From an uncultured delta proteobacterium (GTDB lineage Bacteria; Desulfobacterota; RBG-13-43-22), in contig CAWJJC010000028.1 of assembly GCA_963843145.1 (NCBI GenBank), positions 352,001 through 416,000 of the forward strand: 64,000 nucleotides of DNA, written 5' to 3'. The translations under genes were made by a program, and so were the position numbers. How positions within the stretch are numbered: position 1 is the first letter of the stretch; every line of letters starts with the position of its first letter. The notes beneath the pieces are model-generated. The model made no database searches and was not told the DNA's origin. It saw nothing but the letters and a program-made list of their open reading frames with translations. This document shows, in pieces, positions 10,524 to 20,550 of this stretch.

Positions 10524-10724
10524 CTAGTCCCCGGTCTCGGCCAGGTCGGAGATCCCGAACTGCAAGACCCGAACGAAACTCAGCATGGCCCGAACGTTTT
10601 TTTCGACTACCGGCATACCCTGACCTTTTTCCTTCAAGTCCAGGAGCAGGGTTTCCAGTTGATCGATGATCCCCTTCATTTCGGCCGGATCGGCCCCGGC
10701 CCCGGCAGCGGTTGGTCTCTTCAT
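10524..10724 (-). CDS. Small hypothetical protein within the operon
   Basis: 66 aa, packed tightly between the ligase and the molybdoenzyme, with RBS. Confidence 0.6.
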   Translation of the reverse strand: MKRPTAAGAGADPAEMKGIIDQLETLLLDLKEKGQGMPVVEKNVRAMLSFVRVLQFGISDLAETGD

Positions 10725-10728
10725 CTGC

Positions 10729-12054
10729 TTATCCCTCCCGGTGATCTTTAAAGCGTTTTGATTTTAAGGTGTAGCGCGGCAGGCCTCCGGGGGGTACCGG
10801 CTCGATCTTAAAGCGGAGGTTGGTCTTGGTCTTGAGCCGTTCCGAGATGCGCCGCTTAAACCCTTGGAAAGCCTCGATCCCCATTTCTTCCTGGGGCTCC
10901 ACCTTGAGCGTGATTTCATCCATTACGTCTATGCGTTCCACCCAGATTTCATATTCCACGATTTCCGGGAACTCCCGCCGGACGATTTCTTCAACGGTCA
11001 CAGGGGTGAACAGGACCCCCCGGATTTTCCGCAGGTCGTCGGTCCGTCCTTCGACTCCGGCGATCATGCGGGTCGTTCGTCCGCAGGGACAAGCGTCGTT
11101 CCCCCGCCGGACCACATCCTTGGTGTTGAAACGGATCAGAGGAAAAGAGCGCCGCCCGAGGGGCGTGATCACGGCTACCCCCAATTCACCCGGACCGACC
11201 TCCCGGGTCAAGGTTTCCATGTCCAGGATTTCCACCAGGAAGAAAGGCTCCATAAGGTGCAGGCCCCGGCGCTCGCCGCACATGGCCCCCCAGGCGCAAG
11301 GTTCCGTTCCACCGATGTGGTCATAGACCTCGGCACCCCAAATCTGCTCCAAACGGTTCCGGGTGGCCGGCGGCAACGGTTCCCCGGCGCAGAGCATCCT
11401 TTTTATTCCCAGGGTCTTAGGGTCTATCCCCTCCCGGAGCGCCTCCTCGGCCAGATGCAGGCCGTAGGTGGGGGTGTTCAGAAGGGCGGTGGCATGGACT
11501 TCCCTGATTTTGCTGATCCGGCCCCGGGTGTCGAGGGCGCCGCCGGGAACCACCTCGCAGCCCAGCTTTTCGGAGGCGTAATGGCCTTCCCAGAAGGCGA
11601 CATAGACGTTGTAGCCGAAGGGAATAAAGACGCGGTCGGTCTCCCGAAATCCGGCCATCCAGAGGATGTGGCACCAGATTTCGATCCGCCACTGCCAGCT
11701 CTCATAGGATTCCGGGACGTACACCGGTCGGCCTGTCGTCCCCGAGGTCTGGCGGAAATGAGAGACCTCGGTCAGGTCGACCCCCAGCAGCTCTCCATAG
11801 GGGAAGGGCTCCCGCCCTTCCTGGGCTTTCCGCAGTTCTTCCTTGTCGAGGAGGGGAAGCTGTCTGACCGCCTCCAGACTCCGAATTTCCTCGGGAAGAA
11901 TGTCCTGGTATTTACGCCGATAAAAGGCCGAGTGATCCTTGGCATATTGAAACATTTGGCGGAAGTTCTTGAGTTCAATGGCTAACCGTCTTTCCGGTTC
12001 CAAAGTTTCCAGCAAGGGGTTCCAGTAATTGCTTCTCTGTTCGGTCATCTCCAA
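10729..12054 (-). CDS. paaK: Phenylacetate-CoA ligase family protein
   Basis: QTSGTTG P-loop, HIGGTE, GRTDD..KIRG, AMP-binding C-terminal domain. Confidence 0.85.
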   Translation of the reverse strand: MEMTEQRSNYWNPLLETLEPERRLAIELKNFRQMFQYAKDHSAFYRRKYQDILPEEIRSLEAVRQLPLLDKEELRKAQEGREPFPYGELLGVDLTEVSHFRQTSGTTGRPVYVPESYESWQWRIEIWCHILWMAGFRETDRVFIPFGYNVYVAFWEGHYASEKLGCEVVPGGALDTRGRISKIREVHATALLNTPTYGLHLAEEALREGIDPKTLGIKRMLCAGEPLPPATRNRLEQIWGAEVYDHIGGTEPCAWGAMCGERRGLHLMEPFFLVEILDMETLTREVGPGELGVAVITPLGRRSFPLIRFNTKDVVRRGNDACPCGRTTRMIAGVEGRTDDLRKIRGVLFTPVTVEEIVRREFPEIVEYEIWVERIDVMDEITLKVEPQEEMGIEAFQGFKRRISERLKTKTNLRFKIEPVPPGGLPRYTLKSKRFKDHREG

Positions 12055-12193
12055 GGATCCTCCTTCGAGCTAATCTAATGAGGCTCTGCCCGATAAAAAG
12101 TGGTCTCTCCAGACCCAGGACGCCGCCTCGTATTTTAGGAATATCCCCCTAATCGAGGGGGAGCATAAAAGTCTATATAGAGAACATGAGGTC

Positions 12194-12270
12194 TTTGTAT
12201 AGAACAAATTCTTTCGCCGGTCAAGAAGAAAATAATTGACAGGGGGCTAAAAACTGGGGTACAGAGTACC
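12194..12270. promoter_or_regulatory. Divergent promoter region with palindromes (candidate GntR operator)
   Basis: TTTGT-ATAGA-ACAAA (12194-12208), TTGACA (12236) and GGTAC-AGA-GTACC (12258-12270) over the expected -10. Confidence 0.45.
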
Positions 12271-12340
12271 AAACGGTGAAACCCAGGATTCCTTCTCACG
12301 CGTCAAAAAATTCGAAGGGCTTTCCAGGTCAAAACAGGCC

Positions 12341-12880
12341 ATGGTCGAAATAAAATTCTTCGGTCGGGGAGGGCAGGGGGCGGTGATCGCTTCCCAGATA
12401 CTGGCCAAGGCCTATTTTCTGATGGGCTGGTATCCCCAATGTTTCGCCCTCTTTGGCGGTGAACGCCGCGGGGCGCCGGTCTTTAGCTTCCTGCGAGTGG
12501 ATGAAAAAAAGATCCTCCTCAAGTGCGAGATCATCAAGCCCGACCAAATGATTTTTCTGGCTTCCGATTTGCTGGAAGAAAGGGAAATCGACGCCTGCCT
12601 GAAACCGAACGGCCTGATTCTAATCAACAAGACCCAACCCCACCAACCGGCTCTACCTGCCAACCATTTTCGCCTGGCCCAGGTGGATGCCCTGCGCGTT
12701 GCCGCCGAACAGGGGTTGGGAAGCATAATCAACACAGCCATCCTGGGCGCCTACTGCCGGGCTGCCGGGGATGTTCCGCTCGCCTGCCTGGAAGAGGCGA
12801 TTCGGGGTACGGTGCCGGCCAAGGTGGAGGCCAACGTGGCCGCGGCCCAAAAGGCCTATGAGCTAACCCAAATGTTTTAG
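12341..12880 (+). CDS. 2-oxoacid:acceptor oxidoreductase gamma subunit
   Basis: GRGGQGAV and FGGERRGAP motifs. Confidence 0.92.
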   Translation: MVEIKFFGRGGQGAVIASQILAKAYFLMGWYPQCFALFGGERRGAPVFSFLRVDEKKILLKCEIIKPDQMIFLASDLLEEREIDACLKPNGLILINKTQPHQPALPANHFRLAQVDALRVAAEQGLGSIINTAILGAYCRAAGDVPLACLEEAIRGTVPAKVEANVAAAQKAYELTQMF

Positions 12881-12911
12881 AGACTGGCTAAGGATATTTA
12901 AATTCTTAGCT

Positions 12912-13012
12912 CAAATTCGAAACTCGAAATCCGAAATCCGAAACAAATTCAAATTGACCAAAATTGGACATTGCCGTTTGTTTCGAATTTCGTGCTTCGG
13001 ATTTCGAATTTA
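12912..13012. repeat. Palindromic heptamer-repeat element (CGAAATC/GATTTCG family)
   Basis: Inverted CGAAATCCGAAATCCGAAACAAA...TTTGTTTCGAATTTCGTGCTTCGGATTTCG; related copies near 17548 and 19500. Confidence 0.75.
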
Positions 13013-13066
13013 GAAATGCTGTTGTTTGACCGTGCGTGATAAATTCTCAGAATCTACTTTGTACCT

Positions 13067-14809
13067 ATGGATATTAAAGACATCGAACAGATAGCTCCTG
13101 TTTCCCGGGGGTCCACCGAGATTTTCAAGACCGGCCAGTGGGGATCCGGGAAGCCGTACTACCTGGAAAAAACCTCCCCCTGCCGTCAGGCCTGTCCGGC
13201 GGGGATCGATATGGCCCGGGCCCTGGCCGCGGCCGCCCTGGGGCGGTTCGACGAGGCCTTGCGGATCGTCCGGCAGGACAATCCCCTGCCGGGTGTCTGC
13301 GGGCGGGTCTGTTACCACCCCTGCGAGAAGGAATGCAACCGCCAGGATTTCGATGAAGCGGTCAATATCCGCGGCTTTGAACGGTACCTCTCCGACCACG
13401 GCCGGGTGGACCTGTTGAGAGAGGTACCGCCCGAAATGAAAAAAGAGCGGGTCGCCATTATCGGTTCCGGCCCGGCGGGCCTGAGCGCCGCCTGGCAGTT
13501 GGCCCGTCAAGGATACCCGGTTACCCTCTTCGAGGCCTTGCCCGAACCGGGCGGGATGCTGCGCTACGGCATCCCGGAGTACCGTCTGCCCAAAGAGGTA
13601 CTCCGGCGGGAAATCGGCTTCATCCGCCAACTGGGAGTGGAGATCCAAACCGGAGTCCGACTGGGCCGGGACGTCTCGCTTCAAAAGGTAAAAACGGACT
13701 ACCAGGCCCTGTTCATAGCTGCCGGGGTGGAGGGGTCGCGGAGGTTGGGGATCGAGGGGGAGGGACTTCCGGGGGTCAGGGAAGGGATCGCCTTCCTGCG
13801 GCGGATCAATCGGGGGGCATCTCTGGAAGTGGGCCGGAGGGTGGCGATCATCGGCGGCGGGAACACGGCCATGGATTGTGCCCGCACGGCCCGGCGTCTA
13901 GGCGGCGAAGAGGTCACGGTGGTTTATCGGCGGTCTCGGGCCGAAATGCCGGCCCTGGCCGAAGAGGTGGCTTCGCTGGAACCCGAAGGGATTCGACTGC
14001 TCTTGCAGGCCGCTCCGAAGAGGCTGCTGGCGGAAGGGGGCCGGCTATCTAGCCTGGAATGTTTAAAAACGGATTGGGGGGCGCCGGATGACCACGGCCG
14101 GTCTCGTCCCGTTCCGATCGCCGGATCGGAATTTATTTTACCGACCGATACGGTCATCATTGCGGTAGGTCAGGCCCCGGAGGCAAGGTTTGTGGAGGAA
14201 ATCGGTCTGTCCCTGAGCGCCACGGGTTTGATCCCCATCGACCCGGAAACCAGGGAGACTCAGGTAAAGGGAGTGTTTGCCGGCGGGGACCTGGCCGGGG
14301 AGCGGGCCTTCGTGGCCGATGCTGTAGCCGGCGGCAAACGGGCGGCCCTGGCCATCGCCTGCTTCCTGGAGGGCCGGGATGTTCAAAAAGAACTGGAACG
14401 TCTGCGGATCGGCTCCGGGGCATCAATCGCTTTCGGACCTTTCCGGGACCCGGGAAAGAATCGGGCAGACTTGCAAAAAGTGGTCCCCTTTGAAAAGATC
14501 AATACCCTTTGCTTCCCTTTGGTCGGTCGCCGGTCCAACCCCGAGCAGCCGGTGCCGGAGCGATGGCCCCGGACCTTTGAAGCGCTGAGCGGCGGACTGG
14601 ACCCGGCGCAGATGAACGGGGAAATTTCCAGGTGCTTCAAGTGCGGCACCTGCGTCCACTGCGACCTCTGTTTCCTGCTCTGCCCGGATGTCTCCATCCA
14701 GAAGATTGGCGGGGAGGGCTACCGGGTCAATCCTGATTATTGCAAAGGCTGCGGCCAGTGCGCCGCCACTTGCCCCCGACAGGTGATCGAGATGGAAGGG
14801 CCGGCATGA
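13067..14809 (+). CDS. GltD-like NAD(P)/FAD oxidoreductase fused to the 2-oxoacid oxidoreductase delta (2x4Fe-4S) subunit
   Basis: N-terminal TGQW..KP delta-like motif, PCRQACP/CGRVC FeS, GSGPAG, GGGNTAMD, C-terminal CxxCxxCxxxCP ferredoxin. Confidence 0.88.
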   Translation: MDIKDIEQIAPVSRGSTEIFKTGQWGSGKPYYLEKTSPCRQACPAGIDMARALAAAALGRFDEALRIVRQDNPLPGVCGRVCYHPCEKECNRQDFDEAVNIRGFERYLSDHGRVDLLREVPPEMKKERVAIIGSGPAGLSAAWQLARQGYPVTLFEALPEPGGMLRYGIPEYRLPKEVLRREIGFIRQLGVEIQTGVRLGRDVSLQKVKTDYQALFIAAGVEGSRRLGIEGEGLPGVREGIAFLRRINRGASLEVGRRVAIIGGGNTAMDCARTARRLGGEEVTVVYRRSRAEMPALAEEVASLEPEGIRLLLQAAPKRLLAEGGRLSSLECLKTDWGAPDDHGRSRPVPIAGSEFILPTDTVIIAVGQAPEARFVEEIGLSLSATGLIPIDPETRETQVKGVFAGGDLAGERAFVADAVAGGKRAALAIACFLEGRDVQKELERLRIGSGASIAFGPFRDPGKNRADLQKVVPFEKINTLCFPLVGRRSNPEQPVPERWPRTFEALSGGLDPAQMNGEISRCFKCGTCVHCDLCFLLCPDVSIQKIGGEGYRVNPDYCKGCGQCAATCPRQVIEMEGPA

Positions 14810-15957
14810 GGACCATGCTATCCGGAAACGAGGCCGTTGCCGAGGCCGTCCGTCTGGCCCGGGTGCCGTTCGTGGCCGCCTACCCGATTACCCCCCAGAC
14901 CCCGATCTATGAAAAGCTGTCCGCCATGGAAAACGAGGGCAGGCTTCCCGGGACCATGATGCGCACCGAATCCGAGCATTCGGCCATGGCCGCCTGCGTC
15001 GCCGCTTCCCTGACCGGGGTGCGGACCTTCACCGCCACCGCCTCCCAAGGGCTGGCCCTGATGCACGAGATGCTGCACTTTGCCTCCGGGAACCGGGTCC
15101 CGGTAGTCATGGCCAACGTGAACCGGGTCCTGGCCGTGCCCTGGGCCTTCGGCAGCGACCAGACCGACAGCCTTTCCCAACGGGATACGGGCTGGCTGCA
15201 ACTATACTGCGAGGATGGGCAGGAGGCCCTCGATACGGTCCTCCAAGCCTACCGGATCGCCGAGCAGGTCATGTTGCCTGTCATGGTCTGCATCGACGGT
15301 TTTTTTACCTCCCATTTCATCGAACCCCTGGAGATCCCCGATCAGACCACGGTTGATGCTTTCCTGCCCCCGCCCAACATCCCCAACCGGTTTGACACCC
15401 AAAATCCCGCCTACATTTCCAATGTGGTCAGCCCCGCGCAGTTCATGCGCTTTCGGCAGCGGAGTTTCGAGGATATGGAAAAGGCCCGGCCGCTCATCCA
15501 GGCCGTCGACGAAGAATACCAACGCTTCTTCGGCCGGGGCTACGGGCTGGTGGAGGCCGTGGAAACCGGGGAGGCCGAGATCGTCCTGGTGACCAGCGGG
15601 GCCATGACCGGCACGGCCCGGGTGGCCATCCGGGCGTTGCGGGACCGAGGGGTCCGGGCCGGACTGCTTAAGATCAAGGCCTTCCGGCCTTTTCCCAGAG
15701 AGGAGGTCCAGACCGTCCTGGAGGGTGTGCCGAAAGCGGCGGTGGTGGACCGGAATATTTCCCTGGGCAAAGAGGGGATCTTCTGTCAGGAATTGAAGGC
15801 CGCCCTTTACCCCTTGGAGCGGCGTCCGCAAATCAGCGGGTACATCGCGGGACTATGCGGCGACGACGTATCGCCGGAGATGCTCGAGGAACTGGTACTG
15901 GAAACGTTGCGGAGCAAACAGCCTCCCGCGGGGCCGATCTGGGTGCGTAAGGATTGA
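14806..15957 (+). CDS. 2-oxoacid:acceptor oxidoreductase alpha subunit
   Basis: SGNEAVA, AAYPITPQT, ESEHSA, TATASQG motifs; ATGA overlap with the upstream gene. Confidence 0.93.
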   Translation: MRTMLSGNEAVAEAVRLARVPFVAAYPITPQTPIYEKLSAMENEGRLPGTMMRTESEHSAMAACVAASLTGVRTFTATASQGLALMHEMLHFASGNRVPVVMANVNRVLAVPWAFGSDQTDSLSQRDTGWLQLYCEDGQEALDTVLQAYRIAEQVMLPVMVCIDGFFTSHFIEPLEIPDQTTVDAFLPPPNIPNRFDTQNPAYISNVVSPAQFMRFRQRSFEDMEKARPLIQAVDEEYQRFFGRGYGLVEAVETGEAEIVLVTSGAMTGTARVAIRALRDRGVRAGLLKIKAFRPFPREEVQTVLEGVPKAAVVDRNISLGKEGIFCQELKAALYPLERRPQISGYIAGLCGDDVSPEMLEELVLETLRSKQPPAGPIWVRKD

Positions 15958-15992
15958 AACACTTTCACCGCCAAGACGCAAAGGTCGCAAAG

Positions 15993-16853
15993 ATGGAAAA
16001 GGAATATTTCCGGTCGGGGCATATGGCCTGTCCGGGGTGCGGCATGGCCTCCACTATTCGACTGGTATTGAAGGCCCTGGGAGAAAAAACGGTCGTGGTC
16101 ATTATCCCTTCCTGCGTCGGGGTCATCAGCGCCGCTTTTCCGAACAGCACCCTGACCGTACCCTGTTTCCATTCGGCCTTTGAGATCGCGGCCCCGACGG
16201 CGGCCGGCATCGCCCAGGCCCTGAAAATTCAAGGCGACGAGGAAACCACGGTGCTGGCCCTGGCCGGCGACGGCGGCACTTTTGATATCGGCCTGCAGTC
16301 CTTGTCGGGGGCCGCGGATCGGAATGAAAATTTCCTGTACGTCTGTCTGGACAACGAAGGCTACATGAACACGGGCATTCAATCCAGTTCGGCCACTCCC
16401 CGGGGGGCCTGGACGATGACCACGCCGGCGGGCCGGGGCGGGAAAAAGAAACACTTCATGGAAATCATAGCCGCTCACCGTCTTCCCTATGCCGCCACCG
16501 CCTCCATCGGCCAACCGCTCGATCTCCTGGAAAAGGTCAAGAAGGCCAAGGCGGTCCGGGGGACCCGCTTCATCCACACCCTGGTCCCTTGCCCGACCGG
16601 CTGGCGGATGCCCGAGGACCAGAGCGCCCGGTCGGCCATGCTGGCCGTGGAAAGCCGGATCTTTCCCCTCTATGAAATCATCGACGGGACCCGCTACCGG
16701 ATTACCCACGAGTCCCGGGGCCTTCCGGTCAGGGAGTACCTCAAGCTGCAGGGCCGGTTCCGCCATTTGAGTGAAGAAGCGATCAAAGGGATCCAGCAGG
16801 AAGTGGACGAAGATTGGGAACGGCTGACTTTATTGATCAAGGGCTGCCCCTAG
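15993..16853 (+). CDS. 2-oxoacid:acceptor oxidoreductase beta (TPP-binding) subunit
   Basis: CPGCG, GDGG...DNEGYMNTG TPP motif, PCPTGW. Confidence 0.93.
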   Translation: MEKEYFRSGHMACPGCGMASTIRLVLKALGEKTVVVIIPSCVGVISAAFPNSTLTVPCFHSAFEIAAPTAAGIAQALKIQGDEETTVLALAGDGGTFDIGLQSLSGAADRNENFLYVCLDNEGYMNTGIQSSSATPRGAWTMTTPAGRGGKKKHFMEIIAAHRLPYAATASIGQPLDLLEKVKKAKAVRGTRFIHTLVPCPTGWRMPEDQSARSAMLAVESRIFPLYEIIDGTRYRITHESRGLPVREYLKLQGRFRHLSEEAIKGIQQEVDEDWERLTLLIKGCP

Positions 16854-17603
16854 ATGAAAAAATTGGTTATCAAAGACAGCGACACTATCCGCAAGAAGGT
16901 TTACGCTCATGTTCGCGATCGGATTTTGGCGGGAGAGATATCCCCCCATCAACGCCTGATCGAGACCAAAATCGCGCAGGAAATCGGGACCTCACGGACC
17001 CCGGTCCGGGAGGCCCTGCATAATCTCGAAGTCGAAGGGCTGATCGAATCCATCCCGCGGGTCGGCTATCGGGTCAAATTTTTAAATCCGACGGAGGTGG
17101 AGGAGATCTGCGCCATCCGGGCCACTATCGAGGAGCTGGCCGCCGACTGGGCCATGAATAAGGCCCCTGGAAAGCTGGTGTCGGGACTAAAGAAAAATAT
17201 CGCCCAATCAGAGAAAGCCATCGCCCAGGGGGCGATTAAGGCTTTTGTGGATCTGGACGCCCAATTCCATGAAATTATCGCCAGACTCAGCGGCGGTCAG
17301 CGCCTTCTGGAACTGGCCCAGACTCTCCGGCGCCATATGCTGCGCTACCGGATAGAGAGTATTTATACGCTGGATAACGTCAGGCGGGCCATCGACGGAC
17401 ACAAAGGCATTCTCCAGGCGCTCGAGAAGGCCGACCGTCCGGGGGTGGGACAGGCCATCATCGCCCATCTGGAACAGTCGAAGCGGGATATTCTGCGCTA
17501 TGCGTTTAAGGAAGATGCCCCGGATAAAGAACAGGTGCTTGGCACCAAAATCCGAAATTCGAAGCACGAAATTCGAAACAAGCACGAAAGTCCAAAATTA
17601 TAA
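16854..17603 (+). CDS. GntR/FCD transcriptional regulator
   Basis: SRTPVREAL wHTH and FCD domain; the C-terminal tail derives from a repeat. Confidence 0.92.
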   Translation: MKKLVIKDSDTIRKKVYAHVRDRILAGEISPHQRLIETKIAQEIGTSRTPVREALHNLEVEGLIESIPRVGYRVKFLNPTEVEEICAIRATIEELAADWAMNKAPGKLVSGLKKNIAQSEKAIAQGAIKAFVDLDAQFHEIIARLSGGQRLLELAQTLRRHMLRYRIESIYTLDNVRRAIDGHKGILQALEKADRPGVGQAIIAHLEQSKRDILRYAFKEDAPDKEQVLGTKIRNSKHEIRNKHESPKL

Positions 17604-17653
17604 TGACCAAAACAAAAACGTTTCGGATTTTAACTTATTTGGGTTAGCTATCT

Positions 17654-18151
17654 ATGATGGGACGATCTTTTTGGCCAATTTTTGACCGGATCCTTGACCT
17701 GCTGGCCGCCCTGGCCGGCCTGATCCTGGTGTTTATCGTCGGGGCCGTTTGTTACTCCATCGGCCTGCGCTATCTGTTTACCCGGACTACGATCTGGATC
17801 CTCCAAACCACCGAATATGCCCTGCTGTGGATCGTTTTTCTTTCCACCGGCTGGCTATTGCGAGAGGGGGGTCACATTACTACCGATATCCTGACCAGCC
17901 AGCTCCCCACGCGGGTCCGACGGATCCTCGACGGCGTCATGTTTATTGTCGGCGGACTGACCTGCGCGCTCCTGGTTTATTTGGGGCTTGTTCATACCTT
18001 GGACTGTATCAGCCATCAGGTAACCGATGTCCGGGCCGTGACCGTTCCCAAGGCAGCGGTCTTCTTTATCATTCCGCTGGGGAGCCTGCTCCTGACCATT
18101 CAGTTCCTGCGGATGGCCTGGGATCGTCTGGTCCGCCGACACGAGGACTAG
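17654..18151 (+). CDS. dctQ: TRAP transporter small permease
   Basis: 4 TM, GGHI motif, operon context. Confidence 0.88.
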   Translation: MMGRSFWPIFDRILDLLAALAGLILVFIVGAVCYSIGLRYLFTRTTIWILQTTEYALLWIVFLSTGWLLREGGHITTDILTSQLPTRVRRILDGVMFIVGGLTCALLVYLGLVHTLDCISHQVTDVRAVTVPKAAVFFIIPLGSLLLTIQFLRMAWDRLVRRHED

Positions 18152-18154
18152 CCC

Positions 18155-19474
18155 ATGGAATGGTATACGATTATTCTTTTATTGTTCGGGGGCATGGTCC
18201 TGCTGCTGCTGACCGGACTGCCCATTGCCTTTGCCTTTCTGGTGGTGAACATGGTCGGGGCGTATTTTTTTCTGGGGGGGATGCCGGGACTGATCGGGGT
18301 GGCGACCGGAACCTTCACTTCCATTACCACCTTCACCCTGCTTCCCGTACCCTTTTTCATTCTTATGGGAGAACTCATCTTCCATTCCGGCCTGGGACTG
18401 AACGCCGTCAATGTGCTGGACAAATGGCTGGGCAAGGTCCGCGGGCGGCTCTCCATCCTGGCCATCTTTATGGGGGTCATCATCGGGGCCCTCTCCGGTT
18501 CCACCATCGCCACCTGCGCCCTGCTGGGGACCATCCTGCTGCCGGACATGCTGAAAAGAGGCTACAGCAAGAACATGAGTCTCGGCCCGCTCATGGGCGT
18601 CGGCACCGTGGACGCCCTGATCCCCCCCAACGCCCTGACCGTAGTACTGGCCAGCCTGGCCGGCATCGACGTGGGGCAACTGCTGATTGCCGGCATCCTG
18701 CCGGGCATCATCATGTCCGGCCTCTATCTGGTCTACGTCCTCACCCGCTGTCGCCTCAAACCGGAAGAGGCGCCGCTCTACGATGTGCCGCCCGTTCCCT
18801 TGAGGGAAAAGGTGCAAGACACCATCCAATACCTGCTGCCCCTCAGCCTGATTATCTTTATGGTCATCGGTTTCATTTTTCTGGGTATTGCCACTCCCAC
18901 GGAAGCCGCCGCCTCCGGAACTTTGGGGTCCTTTATCCTGGCCGTGGCCTACCGTCGATTAACCTGGGAGCTATTCAAGAAGTCGGTCTACGGGACCGTG
19001 AAAGTCACGGTCATGATCTTCATGATTATCATCGTTTCCAGCACCTATGGTGAAATACTGGCCTTTACGGGTGCGGCTTCCGGGATGACCGAATTCTTGA
19101 CTCACCTCACCATCCCTCCCCTGATGATCGTCATGGGTATGCTGGTGCTGGTGCTGCTGCTCGGCTGTTTCATGGAAACGGTGGCCATCATGATGATCAC
19201 CATCCCCATTTTTATGCCGGTCGTCAACGCCTTCGGTTATAATCCGATCTGGTTCGGGGTCCTCCTGCTGATAGCCCTGGAGACCGGGCTGATCACGCCT
19301 CCTTTCGGGGTGACCCTTTTTGTCATGAAGGGGGTGGCGCCTCCGGAGGTGACCATGGCCGATATCTGGAAAGCAGTTACGCCGTATGTGTTGATCGATA
19401 TTTTGTGTATAGCCTTGATCCTGGCCCTACCGTCCCTGGCCACCCTGGTCCCGGGGCTGATGGGGATGAAGTAA
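18155..19474 (+). CDS. dctM: TRAP transporter large permease
   Basis: About 12 TM, ALIPP, TPTEAA and GLITPPFG motifs. Confidence 0.92.
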   Translation: MEWYTIILLLFGGMVLLLLTGLPIAFAFLVVNMVGAYFFLGGMPGLIGVATGTFTSITTFTLLPVPFFILMGELIFHSGLGLNAVNVLDKWLGKVRGRLSILAIFMGVIIGALSGSTIATCALLGTILLPDMLKRGYSKNMSLGPLMGVGTVDALIPPNALTVVLASLAGIDVGQLLIAGILPGIIMSGLYLVYVLTRCRLKPEEAPLYDVPPVPLREKVQDTIQYLLPLSLIIFMVIGFIFLGIATPTEAAASGTLGSFILAVAYRRLTWELFKKSVYGTVKVTVMIFMIIIVSSTYGEILAFTGAASGMTEFLTHLTIPPLMIVMGMLVLVLLLGCFMETVAIMMITIPIFMPVVNAFGYNPIWFGVLLLIALETGLITPPFGVTLFVMKGVAPPEVTMADIWKAVTPYVLIDILCIALILALPSLATLVPGLMGMK

Positions 19475-19557
19475 GGAGCGGGGAGAGGGACTGGGATCGC
19501 CAAACTCGAAATCCGAAATGAACCCAAATGACTGAATATCAAAAAAGGAGGTAGATT

Positions 19558-20547
19558 ATGAAAAGAAGTGTGGTCTTGACGTGGGTGCTGGCCCTGGCCG
19601 TTTGGGCGGGGACGGCGGGGTGGGCGCAGGCGGAAACTTTGGTCCTCAAGGCGGTGACGGCCTGGCCCAAGACCGCCAGCGAGTACAAGGCCTTCACCAC
19701 CTTTACCGAGCTGGTCGAACAGTTGGTGGCCAAGAAGGCTCCGGGGGAACTGAAGATTCAGTATATCGGGGGGCCGGAGGCGGTGAAGACCCCGGACCAG
19801 GTGCAGGCCCTGCAACGCGGTATGGTGGATATGGTTTTCACCACTACGGCCTATTATGTATCGGTTCTGCCGGAAGTGGACGCCCTGAAGCTGTCCGACT
19901 GGACGCCGGCCGAGGAGCGGACCAACGGCACCTGGGCCTTCATGAATGACCTGCACAAAAAGCTGGGGTTGACCTATGTGGCTCGGCTGGGGCTCGATAT
20001 CAAATTTCATCTCTACCTGAAAAAACCCATTAAAAGCGCCGATCTCAAGGGACTCAACATCCGGGTTTCTCCCATGTACCTGCAGATGATCAAGGGCCTG
20101 GGAGGCAATCCGGTGGTCATCCCGCCGACCGAGGTCTACGTGGCCCTGGAACGGAACGTGGTCGACGGCTATTGTTGGCCGGCCACGGGCATCCGCGATT
20201 GGGGTTGGGACAAACAGACCAAATACGTCGTCGATCCCGGCTTTTACGGGGTCCCCAATCCGCTGCTCATGAACCTGAATACCTGGAACAAGCTGCCCAA
20301 AAAACTTCAGGATATCCTAACCGAAGCAGCGACCGAAGCGGAAAAAAAGGTGGTCGCCCAATTCGAGGAATTGGCGAAAAAAGAACGGCCCATCCTGGTG
20401 AAAGAGGGGATCCAGGTCATCGACCTGCCGGCGCCGGAAAAAGAAAAATTCCTCAAGGTGGCCAACGAAGCGGGCTGGAAGGACGTGCTGCAAAAGAACC
20501 CCAAGACCGGTCCGGAATTGAAGAAACTATTGACCAAACAGAGGTAA
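19558..20547 (+). CDS. dctP: TRAP substrate-binding protein
   Basis: Signal peptide, DLKGLNIR, EVYVALERNVVDG. Confidence 0.92.
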   Translation: MKRSVVLTWVLALAVWAGTAGWAQAETLVLKAVTAWPKTASEYKAFTTFTELVEQLVAKKAPGELKIQYIGGPEAVKTPDQVQALQRGMVDMVFTTTAYYVSVLPEVDALKLSDWTPAEERTNGTWAFMNDLHKKLGLTYVARLGLDIKFHLYLKKPIKSADLKGLNIRVSPMYLQMIKGLGGNPVVIPPTEVYVALERNVVDGYCWPATGIRDWGWDKQTKYVVDPGFYGVPNPLLMNLNTWNKLPKKLQDILTEAATEAEKKVVAQFEELAKKERPILVKEGIQVIDLPAPEKEKFLKVANEAGWKDVLQKNPKTGPELKKLLTKQR

Positions 20548-20550
20548 ACC

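Noticed and set aside
8659-11985. Long plus-strand ORFs (453 aa and 373 aa) and similar shadow ORFs elsewhere
   Set aside because: They are antisense shadows of GC-rich real genes and have no motifs
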